Origin: Thermoplasmata archaeon
GTDB lineage: Archaea; Thermoplasmatota; Thermoplasmata; GCA-020350865
Length of the DNA: 64,000 nt
Reading direction: 5' to 3'
Assembly (NCBI GenBank): GCA_020348445.1
Contig: CP070751.1
Span: 2,412,927-2,476,926 of the forward strand
Below the pieces are notes generated by a model. It was given only the letters and a program-made list of their open reading frames with translations. It had not been told where the DNA came from and did no database searches. Positions 47,146-57,294 of the stretch are shown in pieces (position 1 is the first letter of the stretch; every line of letters starts with the position of its first letter). Made by a program: the position numbers and the translations under genes.

Positions 47146-50100
47146 GTGAGTGAGATGAAAGTTCATGTTTCTAGGACATCTGCTGTAGTTGTCATTATGA
47201 TGTTAATTATTACAAGTTCTTGGACAATGGTTCTTCAACCCTCAGAAAATATTATTAATGAATTATCTGAAGAGGAATCCCATTTGGATCCTGATCCAAG
47301 TGTTAACAGACCAACAAGAGCAGGGACACCCTGGCCGATGCACCGTAATAACCCTATTCACACAGCCTACACACCAGACTCTGGACCTATAACAGATGAG
47401 GTGCTGTGGGTTAATTATCCGCTTGGTAAGACTTTGGGCTCCCCTGCGGTGGTAGACGATAAAGTATTTATTGGAAGCGGAAACGGAATGAACGCATTTT
47501 ATATAGAAAACGGCTCACTAGCATGGCGTACTCCAACCTATAATGTGGTTCCTGGGGGCTATGGGCTCACTTCTGCACCTGCGTATTCCAATGGTTTTAT
47601 TTACTTTGGTGGAGATGGTTTTTACTGTCTTTATGAAAACAATGGTACAGTCAAATGGTTTGTTGATACTCCCCATCAAAACTGGGGAGATGGCACTCCC
47701 ACTGTTGCCAATGGCAAGGTCTTTATTCCAGGAAGTGATAGAAAATTGTACTGTCTCGATGAGGATGACGGAACTATAATTTGGACCTTTCAAACTGGTT
47801 CCGGTGGAAGCGCTAATTATGGATTGTACGCTGCTCCTGCCGTGGTAAACGGTTTTGTTTACCTGGCGGCCTGCGATTGGATCCTATATCAGATCAACGA
47901 GACCCAACCCACGATTACCGCTTCTGCATACAACACCTTCACAATGAACTATGCCTCCTATTCCACACCCGTTGTAGTAAATAATCGAGTATTTGTAGGA
48001 TGTGGATATACTGGGACAAGTACTAATAATCGCTTCTACTGCCTTGATGCAAACGATCTTTCTTTTATCTGGGAGTTTTATCCGGGCTCCTCAACCAGTT
48101 TCTTTTCCTCAGCAGGTTATTATAACAACAGGGTGTACATCGGTTCTCTGGATGGCAATCTCTATTGCCTCGATGCAACCAGCCCCTCAGCCAATGTTCT
48201 CTGGCAATACTACATAGGTCCCACTTGGTGCTCCCCTGCCATAACAAATGACAGGCTGTATATTGGTTCAAGATCTAATGTCTTCTACTGCTTCAATCTT
48301 TCTCAAACCTCTGGATCTGAGGAGTATTACTGGATATTCAATGCCTTGGATCAAGTAAATTCCTCACCTGCTGTGATGGATGGCAGAGTCTATGTGGGTT
48401 TTGGCTGGGAAGATAGTTCCAATGGAGGAGTTTACTGCTTCGGACCTCCACCAGTACCTCCCTCTGTGGACAGCATTCAAATCGAGGATCAGCCCGGCGG
48501 AATAGGCAACCCAATTCTCGATCAAACCATTGACGTGGGGGTACAAATTACGGGGTACGCAGCAGCATACAATGGAACTGATTACCTGTATGACATTGAG
48601 GTGGAATGGATGGTCGCCAATGGAAGCGGAGCAAATGCATCAACCTCACCCACGAATTCGGTGGATAGTTCTGATTTCTACTCTGGTTTTTTCGGGGGAA
48701 CAGCAACATGGACTGCAGATGATGGACTTGGCCATATTTACCAGGTGGAGTTCACGATAAGAGATCCCGCTGTTGAGTACATCAGTATTGTGGATACTGA
48801 GAACATTGGTTCATCCGAGATTATGGATCAAATAGTGGATGTTGGGTTCACAAAAAAAGGCTATGCCGCATCATTTAATATAACAACCGGATATATGGGA
48901 GATGTAATAGTTAATTGGAGTGTTCAAAATACCACTTCCTCGGCCTTCACAAGTCCATCCCAGGCCACGAACTCAACATTCAATGCAAGCCTTTTAGGCG
49001 GGATAGCCACATGGATTGCCGATGACGGGAAAGGGCATACAGACGAGGTCGAGTTCACGATAAGAGACCCTACTGTGGACGACATCTTGATTGTTGACAC
49101 CGAAGGAATTGGCTCCTCTGAGATCACAGGAAAAACCGTGGATGTTGGATATACTATTGTAGGTTATGCTGCAGGCTTTAACGATACAGCAGGATATATC
49201 GGAGATGTTCCAGTTAACTGGTATGTGGTAAACACGAGCGGAGCCGAAGGTTTTACCTCCCCGACTTCGGGGCCAAATTCAATTCTTAACGTTAGCTTTA
49301 AAAATGGCACTGTAGAATGGATTGCAGATTATGGGGGCGGTCATACCGATTCTGTTGTATTTTCGGTGCGAAAGCCAACTGTTGATTATATCATAATCAG
49401 AACAGGCTCGAAAGGAACAGGAAGCTGGGTGGGGGATTCCACATATATCTTCGGGACCACTGATACATTCTATGCAGGGGGTTACAATAATACAGCAGGC
49501 TGGATAGAAGATGTGGATGCCGAATGGGAAAGTGACAATCAGCCTGTGGGAAATGTTAGTATGGGTCCCTCCAACTCCACAACCTTCTCTGCAATAAACA
49601 ACGGAACCTGCAATATCACTGCAACTTACGATAAATTTTCGAATACGACAGGTGTTATATCTGTCATCAACTACACAATCGATTACATTATAATCAGGGA
49701 TTCACCAGGTGGAGAAGGTTCAGTTGTGGAAGATATGAATTTCGCAGTTGGAGGAACTGCGACTTTCTATGCCGCTGCCTACAATGAATCATCTGGCTAT
49801 CTTGGAGATGTAGGAGTGGAATGGGAATCCAGTAATGAAACCATCGCAATCGTAACGAGCCCTGGGATCTCAACACTTTTTACTGCTCAATTTATTGGCG
49901 GGGAATGCAATGTCACTGCAACATACGATTCATTAATTTCCAATGTAACTGGAACGCTAACCGTTTTAGATGCAGAGATAAATTATATTCTGATTACTAA
50001 TGCACCAAATGGGGATGAAATTTCCACTGTTTATTTGAATGTGAACGAGACCATAACAGTTTATGCATCAAGTTACAATGAATCCACATCACTATATCTG

Positions 50101-51864
50101 GGTTTGGTGGAGGTTAACTGGGATCAATTTCCTGCTATCGGGTCATTCAACCTACCCACGGGGAGTTCCACAACATTCAGGGCAGGGATGTCGGGAGGGA
50201 CTACCTCGATCAATGCAACATATACATCCCTGGGGCTTTGGGATAATTTCACGCTGGTTATTAACGATCCCACAGTTGATTATATCCAAATAAGGGATGA
50301 AAGTGGTGGTTTAGGTGATGTTATTTCGCAGGCCAGCTTCACACTTGGAGATATTGTTTCTGATACATACTATTGCGCAGGTTACAACTACACGGCAGAT
50401 TACATAGACGACATGTCTGCAAATTGGGTGGTAATCGGTAATATAGGCACTGTTATCCCAAGCTCAGGTACATCAACACAATTTACCGCCACAACTGCGG
50501 GATCAGGGGAAATCACCGCAAGTTACAATGGAAAATCCACATCAGCAGATATTACAATATATCCAGAACCTGATCTAACTCCTCCTGCAGCGCCAACTGG
50601 ACTTCGGGTTCGTCAGGTGGCCACTGGAGGTGCATTGAGTTTAACATGGAATCCCAATACAGATGCTGATTTGGCAGGGTACAACATCTATCGGTCAACT
50701 ACAAATGGAACAGGATATGAAAAGGTAAATACCGAGCTGGTCACAGAAACTCAATTTCCCAATACAGGTCTCATAAATGGAGTAACTTATTACTTTTATA
50801 TCACAGCTGTAGACGATGCTCCCACACCAAACGAATCTCCACCTTCAGATACAGTTGACAATGTATGCGATGTTGATACAGACGGAGATGGGGTATACGA
50901 TAATAATGATGATGATGATGACAATGATGGCCTTTCAGATTCCGAAGAAGCTGACATTCAAACAGATCCCAAAAATCCAGATACTGATGGGGATGGATAC
51001 AACGATGCCGAGGATGAAGCTCCACTTGATCCGCACAAACATCAAAAAGAAGATCCCCCGCCCGATGCACCTACGGGCTTGGTTGTGACTCCACTTTCTT
51101 CAGGGGATGCCCTCAACATTTCTTGGGATGCAAATACCGAGGAAGACCTAGCAGGATATAATCTCTTTCGCTCTCTGCTTCCTGATAGGGAGTTTGAGAG
51201 GTTAAATAATGATGTTATAACGTCTGAGTATTACGTTGATAGCTCATTAACTTCCGGAGTCAAGTACTATTATTATGTGGTGGCAGTGGACACCACTAGT
51301 CAAATCTCTGATCCGTCCGAAAAAATAAGTGGTGTTCCCGATATCGATACCGATTCTGATGGAAAACTTAACTATGAAGATGATGATGATGACAATGATG
51401 GTCTTACAGATTCTGAAGAAGAGGATATGGGAACAGATCCTTTGCGGGAGGACTCGGATGGAGATGGGTATATCGATTCTGAGGATTTTTATCCGTTAAA
51501 TGCAGGGAAGTGGGAGAAATCAAAAGAAGAAGATTTTAATGTTTTATTATTGTTGATTCCAATTATTCTGATCGTCATATTACTGTTATTTTTTATTTTA
51601 ACAAAAAAACGCAAACCTGAGGAAGTTCCTCCACCAATATCTGCCCCAGAGAGAGTATTGCCTCCCCCGCCAGCAGGATACGTACAAAAGAAAGAGACTC
51701 CAGTAATCGAGCAAAAGGAAATGCCATTACCCCAAGAAGAGGAAGAATCTCCACTTCCTGATGACGAAGAATTTCCTACTCCTGAGGACAAGAAAGAACT
51801 TCTATCTCCTGAAGATGAAGAGGAGCCTTTTGACGAGGATGCACTGCCACCTCCTGACGATTGA
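47146..51864 (+). CDS. Giant TM-anchored surface protein: PQQ-like propeller, 7 x ~100-aa Ig-like repeats, 2 x (Fn3 + TSP3), TM, Pro/acidic tail
   Basis: RPTRAGTPWPMHR; repeats P.[VI]DYI.I.D...Y.A.YN...D[VI].V.W; DTDGDG/DDDDDNDG; TM followed by KKRK; many N-x-S/T sequons. The start may be 47155. Confidence 0.88.
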   Translation: MSEMKVHVSRTSAVVVIMMLIITSSWTMVLQPSENIINELSEEESHLDPDPSVNRPTRAGTPWPMHRNNPIHTAYTPDSGPITDEVLWVNYPLGKTLGSPAVVDDKVFIGSGNGMNAFYIENGSLAWRTPTYNVVPGGYGLTSAPAYSNGFIYFGGDGFYCLYENNGTVKWFVDTPHQNWGDGTPTVANGKVFIPGSDRKLYCLDEDDGTIIWTFQTGSGGSANYGLYAAPAVVNGFVYLAACDWILYQINETQPTITASAYNTFTMNYASYSTPVVVNNRVFVGCGYTGTSTNNRFYCLDANDLSFIWEFYPGSSTSFFSSAGYYNNRVYIGSLDGNLYCLDATSPSANVLWQYYIGPTWCSPAITNDRLYIGSRSNVFYCFNLSQTSGSEEYYWIFNALDQVNSSPAVMDGRVYVGFGWEDSSNGGVYCFGPPPVPPSVDSIQIEDQPGGIGNPILDQTIDVGVQITGYAAAYNGTDYLYDIEVEWMVANGSGANASTSPTNSVDSSDFYSGFFGGTATWTADDGLGHIYQVEFTIRDPAVEYISIVDTENIGSSEIMDQIVDVGFTKKGYAASFNITTGYMGDVIVNWSVQNTTSSAFTSPSQATNSTFNASLLGGIATWIADDGKGHTDEVEFTIRDPTVDDILIVDTEGIGSSEITGKTVDVGYTIVGYAAGFNDTAGYIGDVPVNWYVVNTSGAEGFTSPTSGPNSILNVSFKNGTVEWIADYGGGHTDSVVFSVRKPTVDYIIIRTGSKGTGSWVGDSTYIFGTTDTFYAGGYNNTAGWIEDVDAEWESDNQPVGNVSMGPSNSTTFSAINNGTCNITATYDKFSNTTGVISVINYTIDYIIIRDSPGGEGSVVEDMNFAVGGTATFYAAAYNESSGYLGDVGVEWESSNETIAIVTSPGISTLFTAQFIGGECNVTATYDSLISNVTGTLTVLDAEINYILITNAPNGDEISTVYLNVNETITVYASSYNESTSLYLGLVEVNWDQFPAIGSFNLPTGSSTTFRAGMSGGTTSINATYTSLGLWDNFTLVINDPTVDYIQIRDESGGLGDVISQASFTLGDIVSDTYYCAGYNYTADYIDDMSANWVVIGNIGTVIPSSGTSTQFTATTAGSGEITASYNGKSTSADITIYPEPDLTPPAAPTGLRVRQVATGGALSLTWNPNTDADLAGYNIYRSTTNGTGYEKVNTELVTETQFPNTGLINGVTYYFYITAVDDAPTPNESPPSDTVDNVCDVDTDGDGVYDNNDDDDDNDGLSDSEEADIQTDPKNPDTDGDGYNDAEDEAPLDPHKHQKEDPPPDAPTGLVVTPLSSGDALNISWDANTEEDLAGYNLFRSLLPDREFERLNNDVITSEYYVDSSLTSGVKYYYYVVAVDTTSQISDPSEKISGVPDIDTDSDGKLNYEDDDDDNDGLTDSEEEDMGTDPLREDSDGDGYIDSEDFYPLNAGKWEKSKEEDFNVLLLLIPIILIVILLLFFILTKKRKPEEVPPPISAPERVLPPPPAGYVQKKETPVIEQKEMPLPQEEEESPLPDDEEFPTPEDKKELLSPEDEEEPFDEDALPPPDD
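48460..50568 (+). repeat. Seven tandem ~100-aa Ig-like stalk repeats
   Basis: Aligned by eye; related copies occur at about 28115-29020 (3x) and 53050-53340 (1x). Confidence 0.8.
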
Positions 51865-51962
51865 GTATTTAGCTTTCCCGTTCCTGTAACAGGGTGTATA
51901 AATATGATACCAACATCGAATAATTTATATTATACCCTCTTATTTTTAAATTGTCAAGGTGA

Positions 51963-54191
51963 ATGAGCATGAAAATCCACATTGGTAAGTATACGATTTT
52001 CATAGTATTTTTAATAATCTTGTCAACATCATCACAGGTAAGCTCCGAATCCTGGCCCATGTTCTTTTCCGATCCACAGCATTCAGGTAACAGTATAACG
52101 ATCGCACCCAACACATCCGCCACATTATGGTCGGTTCCGTCAATTGGAGGAAACGGTTATTCATCTCCAGTTGTTGCCAACGGCAAGATGTTTGTAAATA
52201 AAGGCGGGGGAGGAATACTGTACTGTCTTTACGAGCTGAATGGAACCGAAATTTGGAACGTGTCAATTGGATTTGCCGGTGAGTCATGCTCAACTCCTGC
52301 ATATGCAGATGGTCTGGTTTATATTATAGGTGACAAACTGTACTGTTTCTATGAGAACAACGGCACAGAACTTTGGAGCAACTCACTTTCAGGCGGCGGG
52401 ATTGGCACTTCATCACCAACTGTATCGGACGGCAGAGTGTTAGTAAACACACAGATTCTCTACTGTTTCTATGCCTCAAACGGTACTGAAATCTGGAATA
52501 ATTTTGTGGGAGGAGATTGGGAGCCTTCAACTCCCGCGGTGGCAAATGATAAGGTGTTTGTGAATGGGGACCAGCTGTACTGCTTTTATGCTGAAAACGG
52601 CACTGAGATTTGGAATACTACAGGTGATGAATCCACTTCCCCAGTTATTGCCAATGGTAGAGTGTTTTTGCATCCTTACCAAATCTATTGCCTTTATGAA
52701 AACAATGGAACCGAGATTTGGAGTAAACCCATTGGAAGCGACTCTTATTCCACTCCAGCCGTGTTTCAAGGCAATATTTTTCTGAATAATAATGGTGATA
52801 TATACTGTTTGTACCAGAATAACGGAACCCAGATCTGGCAGGCGACAATCGAGGGTGCAGGATGCTCCACACCTGCAGTTGATGCCCAAGGAAAAATATA
52901 CTTGACCGGCGGAAGTTACACATATTGTTTAAATGGGACCAATGGTGAAGAGATTTGGAAAAAATCCACAGGTGGTGAGGGATATTCTTCGCCTGCCATT
53001 TCAAATGAAAGGGTATTTGTGAACCAAGGTACAGTTTACTGCCTCGGCGGTCCGCCGCCAACAATCGACTACATTGGACTGCTGGATGATAACGATAACA
53101 TATTGACATCCATTACTCTGGATATCGGTGAATGGATTCTCTGCTATGCTGTGGCATACAACAAGACAGAAGGTCTTCTTTATGATGTCGATGTATCGTG
53201 GTCTTTGGATGACGATATCGCCACCGCAAATCCCGCACAGGGAAATTTCACGAACATAACTGCTGTCATCAACGGCACATGTAACCTTTTTATGATTTAT
53301 AATATTTCTATTTCGAACTCTACCCCAGTTACTGTTAGACCACCCATGTCCACTCCCAAGGGCCTTGTTGTTACAGCTTTGCCCTCAGGAAATGCACTCA
53401 ATATCACCTGGAGCGCAAATCCTGAGGAATACCTTGCAGGCTACGACATATACCGCTCGCAAACCCTGGACGGTGTGTATTCAAAGATAAACACTGAACT
53501 TATACTCACCGAGTATTATGTTGATGATTCATTGACAACTGGAGTAAGATATTATTATTGTGTTATTGCAGTAAACGACCATCAAAAGGAATCCAGGTCA
53601 TCTGATAAGGTAAGCGGAATTCCTGATTTTGATTCTGATTCAGACGGATTACTAAACTATGAAGATGATGACGATGACAATGATAATTACCCTGATACAG
53701 AGGACGCCTTTCCTTTAAATCCTCTTGAATGGCTGGACACTGACAGCGATACCATTGGCAACAATGCAGACGATGATGATGACGGTGATGGACTGCTCGA
53801 TACTGAGGAGGATAAAAACGGAAATGGAGTGGTTGATCCTGGTGAAACAGACCCTCTTGATGCTGATTCCGACGACGATGGACATGATGATTCTGAAGAT
53901 TATTACCCACTAGACAAGAGTAAATGGAAAAAACAAGAGGAAGAGGAATTCCCAATGTTTCTACTTTTGATTGTAATAGTTATAATAATTCTATTGGTTA
54001 TTTTGATGGCTTTCTTAAAAAAGAGGAAGTCTCCCAAAGCTCCCTTTGAACAAAAGGGGGAGGAAGATCTAATACAATCTGATCTTGACAAGGAACAACC
54101 ATCTTCTCATGAGGAGGATCTACAACCTCCAAAGGACGAGGAAGACCATCCACATTTCGAGGGTGAAGAAAAGCCAGAATCTTCAAAATGA
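51963..54191 (+). CDS. PQQ-like beta-propeller surface protein with one stalk repeat, Fn3, TSP3 repeats and TM
   Basis: SWPMFFSDPQH; [LI]YC[FL]Y..NGTE[IL]W repeats; Fn3+TSP3 cassette paralogous to that of the 47146 protein; TM followed by KKRK. Confidence 0.87.
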   Translation: MSMKIHIGKYTIFIVFLIILSTSSQVSSESWPMFFSDPQHSGNSITIAPNTSATLWSVPSIGGNGYSSPVVANGKMFVNKGGGGILYCLYELNGTEIWNVSIGFAGESCSTPAYADGLVYIIGDKLYCFYENNGTELWSNSLSGGGIGTSSPTVSDGRVLVNTQILYCFYASNGTEIWNNFVGGDWEPSTPAVANDKVFVNGDQLYCFYAENGTEIWNTTGDESTSPVIANGRVFLHPYQIYCLYENNGTEIWSKPIGSDSYSTPAVFQGNIFLNNNGDIYCLYQNNGTQIWQATIEGAGCSTPAVDAQGKIYLTGGSYTYCLNGTNGEEIWKKSTGGEGYSSPAISNERVFVNQGTVYCLGGPPPTIDYIGLLDDNDNILTSITLDIGEWILCYAVAYNKTEGLLYDVDVSWSLDDDIATANPAQGNFTNITAVINGTCNLFMIYNISISNSTPVTVRPPMSTPKGLVVTALPSGNALNITWSANPEEYLAGYDIYRSQTLDGVYSKINTELILTEYYVDDSLTTGVRYYYCVIAVNDHQKESRSSDKVSGIPDFDSDSDGLLNYEDDDDDNDNYPDTEDAFPLNPLEWLDTDSDTIGNNADDDDDGDGLLDTEEDKNGNGVVDPGETDPLDADSDDDGHDDSEDYYPLDKSKWKKQEEEEFPMFLLLIVIVIIILLVILMAFLKKRKSPKAPFEQKGEEDLIQSDLDKEQPSSHEEDLQPPKDEEDHPHFEGEEKPESSK

Positions 54192-54290
54192 TAGCCATAT
54201 AAATATCTTTATTCAAGAATTGTTCTAAAATATTTAAGTAATCCATACTTTATCTTACCATACCAAGAAAGATAACAGTGAGGGGTCAAC

Positions 54291-57218
54291 ATGAGGCTAG
54301 AATTGAACAGAAAAAAGATTGCTCGTGGGCAATTGTCGATTTTAGTGGCATTTCTATTCGTATTCTCAATCATGGATGCGTTTTCCATGACTGTTTACAA
54401 TGAATCAGAAAGAAATGTCGCTTTCTTTGATTACGAGCCGCAAGACGACGGTAAACAACCTGATCCGCATGGTGTAAGATCCGAGGAGCCCATATGGTCG
54501 CCATATTCTGGCTCTCTACCCGATGCTCTTAGTTATTACAGCATAGATTTCGGTGATGTGAACAACGATGGCAAACTGGATATCGTTGTGGGCGGAGGCC
54601 AGAATCCAAGCAGTGATGGTATTCATTGTTGGGTGGGCGATGGATTTGGGGGATGGTCAGAAGAATCTTCTGGCTTACCAACATCGCAATGGCGTTCTGA
54701 TGTTGAGCTGGGTGATTTAAACAACGACGGTAAGCTCGATATCGCCTGCGGTGGACTGATATATACGGGCAACGGCGGAGCTGGTGGCCCTATGGTATGG
54801 ACATCGGAAAATAATCCTTCATACCCCTGGCTTGGCGTGGCCTTGGGTGATGTAAACAACGATGGAATATTGGATATTGCTGCTGGAACAGACAACTGGG
54901 GTATAAAGATCTGGGTGAGCAACGGCAAGGCAGGAGGCTCCTTTATATGGACCAATTCTTCTGGCGGTCTTCCTACATCTGGGCAGTATTATGGAACATA
55001 TCTTGGTGATGTGAACAACGACGGAAATCTCGATCTCGCCGCCGCAACTAACGAACAAGAAGGAATTAGGGTATGGACAGGCAATGGAGAATCCGGCTCC
55101 TCAGCACTTTGGACCGATGTATCAACATCAACTGGCCTGCCCACTACAGGGGATTATTCTCAGGTTTGCTTTGGAGATGCGAACAACGATGGAAAACTGG
55201 ATGTCGCCGGCTCAAAACGATCTGGGGGTGTTAAGTTCTACAAGGGCAACGGTGGCGAAGGTGGATTTTCATGGGTTGAAGAATCAAATGGTCTTGCAAC
55301 AACTAATTGGTATTATGGTCTTGCCTTTGGCGATGTAAACAACGATGGGAACCTAGACCTCGTGGGAGCCAACTATACTGGAAGAGGTTTAGAAGTCTGG
55401 CTGGGAGATGGAGGTTCAGGAGGTTCTGTGGATTGGAGCCCTGCAAGGGAAGGATTACTTGACATCTCAAATGCCCTGGATTTATGCCTAGGAGATGTGA
55501 ACAACGACGGACGGCTCGATATCGGGGTCACATCAGAGATGATGGGAATCCAGGTTTGGGCGGGCAATTTACCGGATTTGGCGATTACTGGTTGGACCTC
55601 AGTCTCTTCTGGGCTTCCAACAAGTTCCGGCTATTATGACGTGATTTTCGGCGATATAAATCATGACGGTAAATTGGACCTCGCCGGAGCAGGTAAAGAC
55701 AATCAAGGTATAGGAGTATGGCTGGGAGATGGAACAGGTAATTGGGCTGAAGTATCTGATTTTGATCTTCCCTCAAATGGAGACTATTGTGGGGTGAGAT
55801 TGAAGGATGTGAATCATGATGGTAATTTGGATTTAATTGCCTCAAGCGATGATCAACTCGGTGTTCTGATATGGCCTGGTGATGGGACAGGTGGTTTTGG
55901 TGCAGGCTCAGGGCCAACTGATCCGGCAAGCCCCCCTAATATGGCGGGAGTGGAGGTTGCCGATATCAATTGCGACGGCAATGTGGATATCGCTACCTGT
56001 TATTATGAGCCTCCTCAATCTGGAGATAAGGTATATGCCTGGCTTGGTGATGGAAGTGGTGGATGGGGATCTGATATTGGTCCTCCAGTAGAGCTAGGTT
56101 TTGATGATGTGGCTCTCGGGGATGTGGATCATGATGGGAAAATAGATCTATTAGCAACAGCCCATATGCAGGGATACAGGTTCTGGTTGGGAGATGGTAC
56201 TGGGGGATGGAGTTTGCAACCTCAAAATGGTCTACCCTCATCCAGTGGGATTGGAGGCCTGGGAGTCTGCTTTGGTGATGTGAACCATGATGGAGATTTA
56301 GACATTGCTGTGGGTTCATGGGCGGGCTCTTACGGTGTGCGGGTTTATACCAGTGATGGTGGAGATGGTGGAGCTGTGGATTGGGTAAATGACTCTGTGG
56401 GCCTGCCAACGGTGGGAACCTACGGAGGGGTGGAGTTTGGAGATATAAACAATGACGGTAACCTTGACATTCTTTCCGCAAATGCGGGAGGAGGACAAAG
56501 TAATGGCATCAGCCTGGCTTTAGGAAATGGAGGTGAAGGCGGATCAATGGTATGGACTGACTCCAGCCTTCCAGATCTTCCTTTGTCTGGTAATTATTGG
56601 GGCGTTGCTTTGGGAGATATCAACAACGATGGTATTCTTGACATAGCCATATCCTCAGCAAATACTGGTATTAGGGTGTATATCACTCAAACCCAGCCAA
56701 CCTATCAAATCAACCTTCTAGAGGGTTGGAACCTCATATCCCTGCCTTTAATCCAGTCAGATCCTACCGTGTATAACGTCCTTGGATCCATTTCTGGAGA
56801 ATACAAGGCAGTGCAATGCTACGATACAGATGATGCAAACGATCCCTGGAAACACTATAATCCCGATAAACCCTCACAACTCAACGATTTGACAGATTTG
56901 GACCATACCATGGGGATCTGGATATATATCACTGAACCTGGCGGAACCACGCTAACAGTATATGGAGGTCAATTTAGTGGTGGACAATCAATTACAATAC
57001 GCCCGGGTTGGAATCTTGCTGGATTTCCCTCACAAACAGACAAACTTCGAGATGTCGCTCTAAATAATACTGTATCCGATATCGATTATGTCGGGTATTT
57101 TGATGCGTCAACAGATAGATTTGTGATATTAACTGACAGCGATTACATGGAAGTAGGTAGAGGCTACTATATTCATTCGACAAATCCCTCTGATATCGTA
57201 TGGAATGTTCCCCTTTAG
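54291..57218 (+). CDS. Exported FG-GAP/VCBS double beta-propeller protein with divergent GWNL domain
   Basis: About 14 GD[VI]N[NH]DG.LD repeats; tail EGWNLISLP...GWNLAGFP...GYYIH; no TM. Confidence 0.87.
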   Translation: MRLELNRKKIARGQLSILVAFLFVFSIMDAFSMTVYNESERNVAFFDYEPQDDGKQPDPHGVRSEEPIWSPYSGSLPDALSYYSIDFGDVNNDGKLDIVVGGGQNPSSDGIHCWVGDGFGGWSEESSGLPTSQWRSDVELGDLNNDGKLDIACGGLIYTGNGGAGGPMVWTSENNPSYPWLGVALGDVNNDGILDIAAGTDNWGIKIWVSNGKAGGSFIWTNSSGGLPTSGQYYGTYLGDVNNDGNLDLAAATNEQEGIRVWTGNGESGSSALWTDVSTSTGLPTTGDYSQVCFGDANNDGKLDVAGSKRSGGVKFYKGNGGEGGFSWVEESNGLATTNWYYGLAFGDVNNDGNLDLVGANYTGRGLEVWLGDGGSGGSVDWSPAREGLLDISNALDLCLGDVNNDGRLDIGVTSEMMGIQVWAGNLPDLAITGWTSVSSGLPTSSGYYDVIFGDINHDGKLDLAGAGKDNQGIGVWLGDGTGNWAEVSDFDLPSNGDYCGVRLKDVNHDGNLDLIASSDDQLGVLIWPGDGTGGFGAGSGPTDPASPPNMAGVEVADINCDGNVDIATCYYEPPQSGDKVYAWLGDGSGGWGSDIGPPVELGFDDVALGDVDHDGKIDLLATAHMQGYRFWLGDGTGGWSLQPQNGLPSSSGIGGLGVCFGDVNHDGDLDIAVGSWAGSYGVRVYTSDGGDGGAVDWVNDSVGLPTVGTYGGVEFGDINNDGNLDILSANAGGGQSNGISLALGNGGEGGSMVWTDSSLPDLPLSGNYWGVALGDINNDGILDIAISSANTGIRVYITQTQPTYQINLLEGWNLISLPLIQSDPTVYNVLGSISGEYKAVQCYDTDDANDPWKHYNPDKPSQLNDLTDLDHTMGIWIYITEPGGTTLTVYGGQFSGGQSITIRPGWNLAGFPSQTDKLRDVALNNTVSDIDYVGYFDASTDRFVILTDSDYMEVGRGYYIHSTNPSDIVWNVPL

Positions 57219-57294
57219 TTCTACGAATCCAAGCATAAATGCTCCTTTTCATATTATTGAAATATTAGAACAAGATAATGGGAAGATAGGAGGG

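Noticed and set aside
16886-54191. Archaeosortase (PGF/PEF-CTERM) signals on TM-anchored proteins
   Set aside because: There is no conserved PGF/PEF tripeptide before the TM, and several proteins have long cytoplasmic tails atypical of these signals.
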